A stretch of DNA of 19,893 nt from Methanobacteriaceae archaeon (GTDB lineage: Archaea; Methanobacteriota; Methanobacteria; Methanobacteriales; Methanobacteriaceae). The DNA is taken from the NCBI GenBank assembly GCA_003558085.1, contig PWMT01000146.1:1-19893 (forward strand), read 5' to 3'. The notes beneath the pieces were generated by a model, which worked only from the letters and a program-made list of their open reading frames with translations, did not search any database and had not been told where the DNA came from. A program made the position numbers and the translations under genes. Shown in pieces: positions 8,686 through 19,261 of the stretch (position 1 is its first letter; each line of letters opens with the position of its first letter).

Positions 8686-9576
8686 GTGAAGACCATGCTC
8701 ACATCAGTTCAAAAAGAGATATTGCAAAGTTTGATAAACCTATATCGTAAATCCCAGGGTAAATCCATTAAAGGTGAAGAAATTGCTGAAATGATGAATC
8801 GTAACCCGGGAACAATCAGAAATCAGATGCAATCGCTAAGGAGTTTGGGATTGGTTAAAGGCGTTCCTGGTCCTAGAGGAGGTTATAAACCTACCATAAA
8901 AGCCTATCATACTTTAAATATTTCTGCAACAGATAGTGAAACCACGGTACCTATTTATATGAAGGGGGAAAAAATAGAAGATATTTCAGTGGCTAAAATA
9001 GAATTTACCAGTATTCCTCATCCTGGAGAATGTGAAGCAGCTGTTAAAGCTCTGGGTAATATAAAACAACTTGATTTAGGTGATAAAATTAGAGTGGGTC
9101 CCACTCCAGTAAATAAACTGGTTATAAATGGAGTGGTGGTGGGAAGAGATGATATGGATAATATTATCCTATTGGATACCACCAGTATACGTAGCATTCC
9201 TAAAAAAACCGTGTTAGAAGTGGCTAGTCAGGACCTAATTACTCTAGATGTAAATGATAATATTAAAAATGCTGCAGCTATATTATCAAAAAAAGGAATT
9301 GAAGGCGCGCCAGTATTGGATAAAGAGGATATTATCGGTATTTTAACTTTAAATGATATAATCAAAGCCATTGCTCAGGATAAAATTGAAAAAAAAGTAT
9401 CTGAGGTAATGTCTAAAGATATAATTACAGTTAGAGATGAGGTTATGATTGCAGATGCCATCGAAATAATGAATAAAAAGAATATAGGCCGATTAATAGT
9501 AACTACTAAAAAAGGAACTCCTTTAGGTATAGTAACTAGAACCGACCTTCTAGATATGATAGCGGGATTGAAATAA
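8686..9576 (+). CDS. Predicted transcriptional regulator with N-terminal winged HTH and C-terminal CBS pair
   Basis: LTSVQKEILQSLINLY...IKGEEIAEMMNRNPGTIRNQMQSLRSLGLV.G.PGPRGGY (wHTH). Two CBS domains (GAPVL..GILTLND; IGRLIV..LGIVTRTDLL). The start may be ATG 8695. Confidence 0.9.
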   Translation: MKTMLTSVQKEILQSLINLYRKSQGKSIKGEEIAEMMNRNPGTIRNQMQSLRSLGLVKGVPGPRGGYKPTIKAYHTLNISATDSETTVPIYMKGEKIEDISVAKIEFTSIPHPGECEAAVKALGNIKQLDLGDKIRVGPTPVNKLVINGVVVGRDDMDNIILLDTTSIRSIPKKTVLEVASQDLITLDVNDNIKNAAAILSKKGIEGAPVLDKEDIIGILTLNDIIKAIAQDKIEKKVSEVMSKDIITVRDEVMIADAIEIMNKKNIGRLIVTTKKGTPLGIVTRTDLLDMIAGLK

Positions 9577-9606
9577 ATATTATTTAATTAGGGATGAGGA
9601 AGTTCT

Positions 9607-10524
9607 TTGAAGATTAAGCCAATGAAAATAAATTCTCAGATGAAGATATCTGATTTAATAAACGAAATGGGTAATTCAAAGGTCTTAGGTGCAGGTCGAA
9701 CCTACAAAGCTACCAGGTTATTGGCTGAAATGTTTCAAGATCCAGAAATGAAAATATTTTTAAGTATAGCTGGTCCTTTAGTGCCTGCTGGGATGCGAGA
9801 TATCCTATCTACTTTAATTAAAGAGGGGCAAGTAGAGGTTATAATTACCAGTGGAGCTAACCTTACCCATGATTTACTAGAAGCTTTTGGTGGTCATCAT
9901 TACTATGATTATGGCTTTGATGATAAAAAACTGTATGAATTAGGTATGGGTCGTATTGGTGATATATATACTAAATCTGAAGATTTTGAAGTTTTTGAAG
10001 CTGAAATTTCTCATATATTACAGGAAATAGCTGATAAAAATAAATTATTAACCATTCAAGAACTAATTTATGAAATAGGGGCAAAAATTAAAGATGAAAA
10101 CTCATTTATTAGAAATGCCTACTTAAAAGGCGTGCCTGTATATTCACCCGGCCTAATAGATAGCATGTTAGGTCTTCAATTATGGATGTTTACCCAGAGC
10201 AGTGACTTAATTATAGATGCGGTAGGTGACATGCATCACCTTTCTGATATAGTATTTGCTTCCAAAAAAGTTGGTGCCTTAATTTTAGGTGGAGGATTAC
10301 CAAAACATTATAATTTAGCTTCTAATTTATTGAAAGGAGGGGTGGATGCAGCTATACAAATCACCATGGACCGCAGCGAAAGTGGAAGTTTAAGTGGTGC
10401 TCCTTTAGAGGAAGCTAAATCCTGGGCTAAAGCCCAAACTGATTCTAAATTAGTAAGTGTAATAGGCGATGTCACCATACTTTTTCCCCTAATCTTAGCC
10501 GGTGCATTGGATTTGCTAGAGTAG
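9607..10524 (+). CDS. dys: Deoxyhypusine synthase
   Basis: Motifs AGPLVPAGMR, ITSGANLTHD, RIGDI, ILGGGLPKH and GSLSGAPLEEAKSWAK (catalytic Lys region). Confidence 0.93.
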   Translation: MKIKPMKINSQMKISDLINEMGNSKVLGAGRTYKATRLLAEMFQDPEMKIFLSIAGPLVPAGMRDILSTLIKEGQVEVIITSGANLTHDLLEAFGGHHYYDYGFDDKKLYELGMGRIGDIYTKSEDFEVFEAEISHILQEIADKNKLLTIQELIYEIGAKIKDENSFIRNAYLKGVPVYSPGLIDSMLGLQLWMFTQSSDLIIDAVGDMHHLSDIVFASKKVGALILGGGLPKHYNLASNLLKGGVDAAIQITMDRSESGSLSGAPLEEAKSWAKAQTDSKLVSVIGDVTILFPLILAGALDLLE

Positions 10525-10548
10525 AAAGATAATATTAGGAGTTTAATA

Positions 10549-11208
10549 ATGGATTATTTATTTTTAGCATTACTTTATTTTTTATCAGGTTTCTTGATGA
10601 AATTATCAGATGATGCCTATGATGAACAAGGTGATAAAAAAATAGCAGTGATCTCGGGTATATTTTCTGGGATTTTGATTGGTTATTTAGTAGTTAACAG
10701 TCAAGACGCTGCCTATATATTTTTAGCTATCATGTTAGGTACCTTATTATCTCGAAAAATAGATGGTGTGCATCATTTTTTAACTTTAATTACCTTTTTA
10801 GTGTTTACCTTTATAGGAGGGTTTCCTTCTCTGGTTTTTTTAACATTAAGTCTATGCACTTTAGCTGCTTATTTAGATGAACTAGGCCATGATAATATTA
10901 GATTAAAAAAACATGAGTTTTGGATAATCTTCTTTAAATATCGTTTCACCTTGAAATTGCTAATCATTTTACTGGGAATATTAACTTTTTTAAAGACATT
11001 CCATATTTTTAATCCAGTTTACCTGGATTTATTAAACCCCTCAGCAATTGTGTATTTCCTCTTGTTTGAAATTTCTTATGAATTAAGTGGATACTCCTTT
11101 AATCAGGTATATAAAAGTATTTACACAATTTCAGATAATATAAGATTGCATAAGCTTATTTTTAATTTAAAAAAGTTAAACCATCAAATTTTAGGATTGT
11201 TCTGCTGA
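10549..11208 (+). CDS. Conserved multi-pass membrane protein of unknown function; stop codon supplied by the IS right end
   Basis: SD aggag. About 6-7 hydrophobic segments with polar motifs KLSDDAYDE, KIDGVHH and AAYLDELGHD. The last 4 bases (ctga, 11205-11208) belong to the IS. Confidence 0.8.
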   Translation: MDYLFLALLYFLSGFLMKLSDDAYDEQGDKKIAVISGIFSGILIGYLVVNSQDAAYIFLAIMLGTLLSRKIDGVHHFLTLITFLVFTFIGGFPSLVFLTLSLCTLAAYLDELGHDNIRLKKHEFWIIFFKYRFTLKLLIILLGILTFLKTFHIFNPVYLDLLNPSAIVYFLLFEISYELSGYSFNQVYKSIYTISDNIRLHKLIFNLKKLNHQILGLFC

Positions 11209-11345
11209 CATACTCCCATGACTAAAGTCATGGGGGTTCTACTGTTTAATTGCTTCCTAATTAAGAGCAGTTTTAGGGGTCTCAGTGCTCCCTTCTGATA
11301 CATCTCTGTCTGTATCAGATTGATAAGTACTATTGATGTCCATGC
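11185..11345 (-). ncRNA. Putative TnpB omega/reRNA (scaffold overlapping the tnpB 3' end and right end, guide from flanking DNA); boundaries approximate
   Basis: Stacked inverted repeats: tctgataca/tgtatcaga (11294-11319), actg..ttaatt/aattaa..cagt (11241-11271) and the right-end hairpin. The position matches known TnpB reRNAs. Predicted guide CAGAACAAUCCUAAAAUUUG (11204-11185). Confidence 0.55.
11212..11237 (-). repeat. IS605 right-end subterminal hairpin
   Basis: cccatgac-taaa-gtcatggg is a perfect 8-bp inverted repeat (11215-11234) that can be extended with one mismatch. Confidence 0.9.
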
Positions 11346-12280
11346 TTATGTTGAAAGCTGCATTAACATCAGCATTATCAACATGTCCACAAACTGAACA
11401 CCTAAAAATTTTCTTATCCCGTTTACCTATCCTTCCACACTTACTACAACATTTAGATGTGTATTTGGGATCAACATAAGAAACTGGTACTCCAAGCAGC
11501 TTAGCCTTATACTCTATCATCATTTTAAGTTGATAAAAAGACCAACTGTTCAAAGTGTACCTGAAACTCCTACTTGATTTAGCAGTATTACGAATACCTT
11601 TTAAATCCTCTAACCTCAATCCAGATTTAGTTTTATGGGCAAAATCAACAATACCTCTGCTTATCTTATGATTCAAATCTTTGATTATCCTACTTTCTCT
11701 ATTTTTAATCTCTTTGAGTTTTTGATACTTACCTTGTTTTTGCAATGTTTTACGTATATTACTGTATTTTTTATGTGTATATGGTGCTTTTTTACCTAAT
11801 TTAATAACTTTGCCAGTTTTACAATTAGAAGCGACAGCTACATGTCCTGTGGCGTTTAAATCAACACCAACATATGATTCTGGTTGATATTCCTCTGTTT
11901 CAGGGATTTTTATACTGATAAAAGCATATTCTTTGTTTATTTCAATTTGGTTAATCTTTTCAAAATTGTTTTGGAAATAATATTTTAACTCCAGTTTTAA
12001 GCTTGATATTTTGATTGTTCTGTTCTCTTTATCTGCTTTGATTCCCTGATTGGGTATTATAAGATTAACGTTTTTAGCAGATTTAATGTTTTTGTTACGA
12101 CCATATTTTCACAGTATTTGATTAGAAATAACTGATTTTAGGCCATAATGCTTAACATACTTACTGGTTAAGACTTTGAAATTTCTCTTGTTTAAAACAG
12201 CGTATTCAGCTACTTTACGGGCTTTGACAAGTTCTTCTGAATAATCCTGTCCATGTTTTATTTTGTAGGTTAAAAATCAT
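11257..12280 (-). pseudogene. tnpB: RNA-guided endonuclease TnpB, disrupted by a 1-bp frameshift and a nonsense codon
   Basis: Manual translation extends the frame upstream of the called 162-aa ORF through RuvC-I (YVGVDLN, about 11854-11874) to [11 protein letters not shown] at 12273. There is an in-frame TGA at 12111-12109 (QIL*KYG). The ATG at 12280 overlapping the tnpA stop is out of frame by one base (ATGATTTTTAACC). RuvC-II (LEDL), the Zn finger (CSKC..CSVC) and RuvC-III (NADVNAAFNI) are intact. Confidence 0.9.
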
Positions 12281-12687
12281 CTTCCTTTCTGGTCCTCAAT
12301 ATATTTTTTAATCGTATCATCAGAAATATGTCCCACTGATTCAATATAGTAGCTACGTGTCCATAATGTTGGTAGACGTGTTGTTAGTTCTTTAAACTCC
12401 TTCCGCAGTTTTCTTGATGTGTACCCTTTAAATTGTTGTATTATCCAGTGGGGACATGATGTCGGGTCAGCCGTGACAAATAAATGAACATAATCTTCCA
12501 TTATTTCCATACTTTCGATTTTTACATTGATTTCCTTTGCTTTCTCTTGCAACAATATGATTAATCGTTGTCTGATTTGATTTTTAAGTACTCTACGTCT
12601 ATACTTAGAACACCATATTATATGATAATTCAGATTATATACTGCTGTTCTGCTACATATCCATCTTTGACTAGACATCAATATCAT
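12277..12687 (-). CDS. tnpA: IS200/IS605 Y1 transposase TnpA, HUH motif altered (probably inactive)
   Basis: Motifs YNLNYHIIWCSKYRR, FKGYTSR, LWTRSYY and IKKYIEDQ (catalytic Tyr). DYVHL stands in place of DHVHL. The start is probably ATG 12678. Confidence 0.92.
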   Translation of the reverse strand: MILMSSQRWICSRTAVYNLNYHIIWCSKYRRRVLKNQIRQRLIILLQEKAKEINVKIESMEIMEDYVHLFVTADPTSCPHWIIQQFKGYTSRKLRKEFKELTTRLPTLWTRSYYIESVGHISDDTIKKYIEDQKGR

Positions 12688-12741
12688 ATATCTGTCAGAT
12701 ACCTATTTATATTTATCTAATGGATAGAGAGATTGATTCAT

Positions 12742-12784
12742 CCCACCACCAAAGTAGTGGGCTTTCTCAACTCAAATCTCGTAA
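12742..12784 (-). repeat. IS605 left-end hairpin, guide tetranucleotide AAAG and target TTAC
   Basis: Hairpin at 12742-12761, cttt (AAAG) at 12762-12765, gtaa (TTAC) at 12781-12784. Confidence 0.88.
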
Positions 12785-12824
12785 AATTATTGATTTGAAA
12801 TATTTTTTTTGAGATTTTATAATT

Positions 12825-13496
<672 letters not shown>

Positions 13497-13899
13497 TTAT
13501 ATTTTTATGCTAAAAAAATTTGGTAAATAAGTGATTATTTTACTTAAAAATGGTGGTATCTAGTTTTAGGGAAAAATAGCCTCATTAAAATTATAAAATT
13601 TTCTTGTAATATAGTTTAAATTAATTTTAATGGCACATAATAATTTACTTTTAGCCTTTTTCTAAGATGATTACTGGATAAGCATAGAATGTAAAAATAT
13701 AAAATATTTGTTCTAAATGAGAAGGTATGTTTTTTCTAGACCACTCTATTTTTTTTTGTCTTTAATATTTGATAAGAAAGTACCATAAAGCCGGGGTTTA
13801 AACTTTTATAATCAAGGGTAGATAAAGATAATATTAATAAAATACAATTAGAATTTAATTCCTTTAATTAACTGTAATTTTCAATTTACTGGTGATGCC

Positions 13900-14742
13900 A
13901 TGAATATCATTGAAGCTAAAGCTATCCATTATAAATATCCTGACGGCACAGAAGCCCTCCAAAACGTTAATTTTAAGGTAAAAAAAGGTAAGATGATAGC
14001 ATTGCTAGGACCTAATGGTGCTGGTAAATCTACTTTATTTTTACATTTTAATGGTATTTTAAAGCCCTCCTCTGGAGAAGTTATAGTCAATGAAGAAAGT
14101 TTAAATTATAATAAGGAGGGTTTAATGAAGGTTCGTCAAAAAGTAGGTATCGTTTTTCAGAACCCTGATGACCAACTTTTCGCCCCTACGGTAAGTGAAG
14201 ATGTGGCCTTTGGACCTTTAAATATGGGTTTGAGTCAAAATGAAGTAGAAAACAGAGTTCATGATGCTTTAAAAAAAGTAGGTATGGATGGTTTTGAGGA
14301 TAAGCCTCCTCATCACTTAAGCGGAGGTCAAAAAAAGAGGGTGGCCATAGCCGGTATTTTAGCTATGAAACCAGAAATAATGGTATTAGATGAACCAACA
14401 TCTGGTTTAGACCCTAAAGGTGCTTCTCAAATAATTAAGCTTTTATATCAGTTAAATAAAGAAGGAATGACTATTATTGTATCCACTCATGATGTGGATT
14501 TAGTACCTCTCTATGCAGACCAGATTTATATAATCAGTAAAGGAGAAATAATAAAAAAAGGAACATCACATGAGGTTTTTGAAGACGTGGAAACCATTCG
14601 CAGTTCTAATTTAAGGCTTCCCCGTATAGCGCACCTCATGGAAATATTGAAAAAGGAAAATAACCTCCCTTTTTCTCAACCATACCCCTTAACTATAGGT
14701 GAAGCCAGGACCAGATTAATCGATTACCTGGAAAAAAGATAA
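13900..14742 (+). CDS. cbiO: ECF/cobalt transporter ATP-binding subunit
   Basis: Walker A GPNGAGKST, VFQNPDDQLFAPTV.EDVAFGPLN, LSGGQKKRVAIAG, VLDEPT and STHD. SD ggtga. Confidence 0.92.
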   Translation: MNIIEAKAIHYKYPDGTEALQNVNFKVKKGKMIALLGPNGAGKSTLFLHFNGILKPSSGEVIVNEESLNYNKEGLMKVRQKVGIVFQNPDDQLFAPTVSEDVAFGPLNMGLSQNEVENRVHDALKKVGMDGFEDKPPHHLSGGQKKRVAIAGILAMKPEIMVLDEPTSGLDPKGASQIIKLLYQLNKEGMTIIVSTHDVDLVPLYADQIYIISKGEIIKKGTSHEVFEDVETIRSSNLRLPRIAHLMEILKKENNLPFSQPYPLTIGEARTRLIDYLEKR

Positions 14743-15240
<498 letters not shown>

Positions 15241-15367
15241 TGTTTAAAAAATTAGCCTTGCAGTTGATTTTTTTTTAAAATAAGGTTCCGGAATATTCTT
15301 AAATTAAATAAGAGTAATGCAAAAAAATTTAAAAAGGATCATCCTTATTTTTATATAAAGAAAAAGG

Positions 15368-15955
15368 ATGCATAAAATGTTAAAAGTATTAGGAATAGTA
15401 GGAAGTCCCCGGAAAGGCAATACTTACTTTTTAGTTGAACAAGCCTTGGAAGCTGCAAAAAATGAAGGAGTCAATATTGAAAGCATATTTTTGGGTGAGA
15501 AAGATATTAATCCCTGTATAGCCTGTGAAAACTGTAAAAGTACAGGCGAGTGTTCCATCCAAGACGACATGGGAGAAATATTAAGTAAGATTAATAGTGC
15601 ACAGGGCATCATTATCGGCAGCCCGGTTTATTTTGGAACTGTTAGTGCACAGACTAAGATGTTAATGGATCGTTCACGTCCATTAAGAACAGATTTCAAA
15701 CTTAAAAATAAAGTATGTGGAGCAATAGCCGTTGGAGCTTCAAGGAATGGAGGGCAGGAAACTACATGTTCTGCTATTCATGATTTCTTCCTTATACATG
15801 ATGCTATAGTGATTGGAGATGGTCAACCAACTGCTCACTATGGAGGAACTGGTATGGGTAAGGAAAGAAAAGATTGTTTGGATGACGATTTTGGTATCGA
15901 AACTAGTAAAAATTTAGGAAAACGAGTTGCTCTTTTACTTAGAAATTTATATTGA
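15368..15955 (+). CDS. Iron-sulfur flavoprotein (flavodoxin-like, Isf family)
   Basis: GSPRKGNT, Cys motif CIACENC-x5-C, GSPVYFG and RNGGQE. The start may be ATG 15377. Confidence 0.9.
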   Translation: MHKMLKVLGIVGSPRKGNTYFLVEQALEAAKNEGVNIESIFLGEKDINPCIACENCKSTGECSIQDDMGEILSKINSAQGIIIGSPVYFGTVSAQTKMLMDRSRPLRTDFKLKNKVCGAIAVGASRNGGQETTCSAIHDFFLIHDAIVIGDGQPTAHYGGTGMGKERKDCLDDDFGIETSKNLGKRVALLLRNLY

Positions 15956-16037
15956 CAACAGCATAATTTATTTCTCCCTCTAAATTAAAGAAAGCATTAA
16001 TTATTTAGATTCAGTACCATCTTCTTTTGAGGATACT

Positions 16038-16805
16038 ATGGCTAACTTTAATAATAATGAACCTAGCGCAAAAAAGAATATTTTTAGTGTTAATCCCCTA
16101 TCTCCACAGGATAAAAATTCTCAGAAAATATTCATAGTGATGCCCGCCTATAATGAAGAAAGAACAGTGGGGGAAGTTTTGCAAGAGTTATGTGAAAGGA
16201 ATTACTGCGTAATAGTTGTTGATGATGGCTCAAAGGATCAAACAAGTTCAATAGTTAATGATATCCGAGCAAAACATCCTCAAAAAATTTTTATATGTCA
16301 ACATTTAATTAATCAAGGTTTGGGGGCTGCTTTGAGAACGGGAATACAATGTGCGCTAAATCTAGGGGCTAATTATATAGTAACTTTTGATGCCGATGGC
16401 CAGCATCATCCCGAGGATGTAGCAAAAATTATAGAACCTCTGCAAAAGGGTGATGCCCAAGTAGCCTTAGGTAAGAGAAATTACGATAAAATGCCGATTT
16501 CCAAAAAAATAGCTAACCAAATAATGAATATGATCACCCGAATTTTCTATAATATGCGGGTAAATGATTCTCAATGTGGCCTTCGTGGATTAGACCAGGA
16601 AACAGCTAGTTTATTAGAAGTTAAATCACGAGGTTACGCTGTTTCCTCAGAGATTATAAAAGAAATTAAAAAAAATAATTTAAAGATGGTGGAAGTTCCT
16701 ATAACAACCATTTACACTGATTATTCGTTGGCTAAAGGTACCAATACCTCTATAGGATTGGCAATATTATTTAAAATGATAATGGAGTTTTTTAAAAAAT
16801 TTTGA
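16038..16805 (+). CDS. Glycosyltransferase family 2, dolichol-phosphate mannosyltransferase-like
   Basis: Motifs VMPAYNEE, VVDDGSKD, NQGLGAA, FDADGQH and DSQCGLR. Confidence 0.92.
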   Translation: MANFNNNEPSAKKNIFSVNPLSPQDKNSQKIFIVMPAYNEERTVGEVLQELCERNYCVIVVDDGSKDQTSSIVNDIRAKHPQKIFICQHLINQGLGAALRTGIQCALNLGANYIVTFDADGQHHPEDVAKIIEPLQKGDAQVALGKRNYDKMPISKKIANQIMNMITRIFYNMRVNDSQCGLRGLDQETASLLEVKSRGYAVSSEIIKEIKKNNLKMVEVPITTIYTDYSLAKGTNTSIGLAILFKMIMEFFKKF

Positions 16806-16877
16806 TGCTCTAACCTTAAATGATAAGATATAATTTAAAAAATATAAACTATATTTAACTTAATAAAAGGTGTTAAG

Positions 16878-17228
16878 ATGATCTATCCATATATAGCGGG
16901 ATTAATAGCAGTCATAGGAATTATTTTAGCCATTATTCGTTTCAAAGAAAGTCAAATTTCCATTACAATGTTTATATTCTGGCTGATGGCTTGGTTTTCA
17001 GTAATAATAATTTCCTTTTTCCCCCAAGAGACCAGTTTTTTGGCCAACCTAATCGGTATAGGAAGAGGCCTTGATTTAGTTTTAATATTAGGTTTGTTAG
17101 GAAGTTATTACCTCATATTCAAGATTTATACCATGATTGAAGGTTTAAAATCCGATATAAGTGATTTAGTACAAGAAATATCTCTAAAACATGAAAAAAT
17201 AGAACGTATACTTGAAGAAAAAAAATAA
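16878..17228 (+). CDS. DUF2304-type small membrane protein
   Basis: Three TM segments, LIGIGRGLDL motif and a C-terminal coiled tail (LVQEISL). It follows a GT2 gene, as is usual for this family. Confidence 0.8.
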   Translation: MIYPYIAGLIAVIGIILAIIRFKESQISITMFIFWLMAWFSVIIISFFPQETSFLANLIGIGRGLDLVLILGLLGSYYLIFKIYTMIEGLKSDISDLVQEISLKHEKIERILEEKK

Positions 17229-17323
17229 AAAAGCAAACCAGGAATAATTTTTAGATAAATATTGGGCTTTAGAATAAATATTAGCTTTAGAAGGATAATT
17301 AGGAATTAATCAAAAACAGTGAT

Positions 17324-18451
17324 ATGGATATGAAAATATGTTTTATCAGTGAATATTTCCCTAAAAGTGAAAAACTGGAAGTAAGAGGCGGTGCAGAAGC
17401 TTCAGCCTATAAAGAAGCATTTCATCTGGCAAAAAATCATGAGATAACTGTTTTAACATCACTGGAAGAGGATATGCACCCTCAATATGAAATAAACAAC
17501 ATAAAAGTTAAAGGCTGCGGCAGTAAACGCTCTTACGTCCAATCAGGATCTTTCCAAAAGCGTTTAAGTTTCATGTACCATGCCTATCAAGAGGGCTGTA
17601 AACTGGATCTGGATTTGGTAGTAGGTTATAATTGGATCACCCATTGGGTAGCATGGAAAATTGGAAGAAAATTAAATATTCCCGTGGCAGTCAGATATCA
17701 TGATGTATGGATTGGTGAATGGATAAAAAATGTAGGATTAGCTGGTTTTACCGGTGAAATCCTGGAAAGATATAATTTATCGCGAGATATAGACCTCATT
17801 GTAGCAGTATCTGCCTATACTAAAAATAAATTAGCAAAATTTTTCCCAGAAGAAAAAATCGTGGTAGTACCGAACATCGTAGATTTCCCACCAGTAAAAT
17901 CTGAAAAATATTCACATACCACCATAAGTTGTGTGTCTCGTTTGGTGGAATATAAAAGAGTTGAAGATTTAATAAAGGCCCTATTTTTCTTAAAACAAGA
18001 AAATATGAAATTACAGTGTAAAATCATAGGAACTGGTCCTCAAGAAAATCTACTACGTGAAATGGTTGATAAATATGAATTACAAAGTCAGGTTGAATTC
18101 TGTGGTTTTATGGAAAAACATGCAGATGTGTTGAAAGTTATCAATTCCTCCCACTTATTATGTCTTCCCAGTAAAGTGGAAGGCTTTGGTCTGGTTATTG
18201 TTGAAGCAATGGGTTGTGGTGTACCCTTTATAGCATCAAACATAGATCCCTTAAGGGAAGCTAGTGGGAAAAAAGGAGGAATGTTTTTTAAAGTTCAAGA
18301 TCCATGGGACTTGGCAGAAAAAATAAAAATGATATTGGATAACCCTGATATCTATGATAAACTAAAAAATGAGGGTAAAACACAATACCTTAAATATCAA
18401 GGAGAAAAACTGGCTGGTGAACTAGAAAATTATTATAGTAAATTGATTTAG
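17324..18451 (+). CDS. Glycosyltransferase family 4
   Basis: Motifs GGAE, VAVS, VVPN, SRLVEYKR, GTGP and PSKVEGFGLVIVEAMGCGVP (EX7E). Confidence 0.93.
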   Translation: MDMKICFISEYFPKSEKLEVRGGAEASAYKEAFHLAKNHEITVLTSLEEDMHPQYEINNIKVKGCGSKRSYVQSGSFQKRLSFMYHAYQEGCKLDLDLVVGYNWITHWVAWKIGRKLNIPVAVRYHDVWIGEWIKNVGLAGFTGEILERYNLSRDIDLIVAVSAYTKNKLAKFFPEEKIVVVPNIVDFPPVKSEKYSHTTISCVSRLVEYKRVEDLIKALFFLKQENMKLQCKIIGTGPQENLLREMVDKYELQSQVEFCGFMEKHADVLKVINSSHLLCLPSKVEGFGLVIVEAMGCGVPFIASNIDPLREASGKKGGMFFKVQDPWDLAEKIKMILDNPDIYDKLKNEGKTQYLKYQGEKLAGELENYYSKLI

Positions 18452-18568
18452 ATATAAATAGAACTCTTAACTAATCCAGTAGGGTGAATAAATAAATATT
18501 TTACCTAAAAACTCTACTCTATTATTTTTTACCTAATAAACTGATCTTATAAACTTAATGGTGCAAAA

Positions 18569-19261
18569 ATGTTATATTTTAGAGGCTGTGTGGCCCGTTT
18601 GAAAGTTAAAGAAATTGTCGATGCTACAGAAATTATTTTAAAAACTGCTGGAATTGATTTTAAATACTTATCTGAAGAAGAATGCTGTGGATCAATACTT
18701 TTACGCACTGGATTTAAAGAAGATGCTCAAAATTTAATGAAAAAGAATATGGAGAAATTTGAAAACGAAAAAATACTGGTATCTTGTGGGGGATGTTATC
18801 GTAGCCTAAAAAAAGATTATAAACAAATACTGGGAGTAGAATTATCAGTAATCCATACCAGTCAACTGTTCCAGGAACTCTTAGCTCAGGATAAAATCCA
18901 TCTGGAAAATTCGTCCAAGAAAATTACTTACCACGACCCTTGTCACTTGGGACGTCATATGGGAGAATATGAAGCACCAAGGAAATTAATTCAAAAGTTA
19001 GGAGATTTAGTGGAAATGGAACATCATCATGAACATTCCCGATGTTGTGGATCTGGAGGGGGAGTGAAGGCAGGTTACAGTGATTTATCTAAGAGAATTG
19101 CTAGTCAAAAAGTGAAAGATATTGAAAATACAGGTGCAGACTTTGTAAGTACATCTTGCCCCTTTTGCAAATTCAACTTAAAAATCAGGGGCTTAGAAGT
19201 ATGGGACTTATCAGAATTAATATTAATGTCTTTAGAGGGTAATTTAAATGAAAGTGAATGA
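18569..19261 (+). CDS. CCG-domain Fe-S protein (HdrD/LutA-related)
   Basis: Two CCG domains: FRGC..ECCG..SCGGC and YHDPCHLGR..RCCGSGGG..TSCPFC. Confidence 0.9.
   Translation: MLYFRGCVARLKVKEIVDATEIILKTAGIDFKYLSEEECCGSILLRTGFKEDAQNLMKKNMEKFENEKILVSCGGCYRSLKKDYKQILGVELSVIHTSQLFQELLAQDKIHLENSSKKITYHDPCHLGRHMGEYEAPRKLIQKLGDLVEMEHHHEHSRCCGSGGGVKAGYSDLSKRIASQKVKDIENTGADFVSTSCPFCKFNLKIRGLEVWDLSELILMSLEGNLNESE

Larger units (their letters stand above)
11205..12780 (-). mobile_element. IS200/IS605-family insertion sequence (tnpA + tnpB), 1576 bp, decayed
   Basis: Minus strand left end: target TTAC (12784-12781), 15 nt, guide AAAG, then hairpin CCCACTAC-TTTG-GTGGTGGG. Right end: GAAC, hairpin CCCATGAC-TTTA-GTCATGGG, ending in TCAG (11208-11205). 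This is the same geometry as IS608. Joining the flanks restores TTC TGG TAA in the host gene. Confidence 0.93.

Noticed and set aside
11257..11745. 162-aa ORF as a stand-alone gene
   Set aside because: It is only the C-terminal part of tnpB. Homology continues in frame upstream through RuvC-I to 12273.
12109..12279. Selenocysteine or UGA recoding producing a TnpA-TnpB fusion
   Set aside because: TGA is an ordinary stop for several genes in this window, neither position aligns with a Cys site, and a 1-bp insertion plus a nonsense mutation explains it more simply.
11257..12280. Cas12f/CRISPR-associated interpretation of the RuvC gene
   Set aside because: No repeat-spacer array or cas gene is visible, and the gene is flanked by tnpA and canonical IS605 ends.
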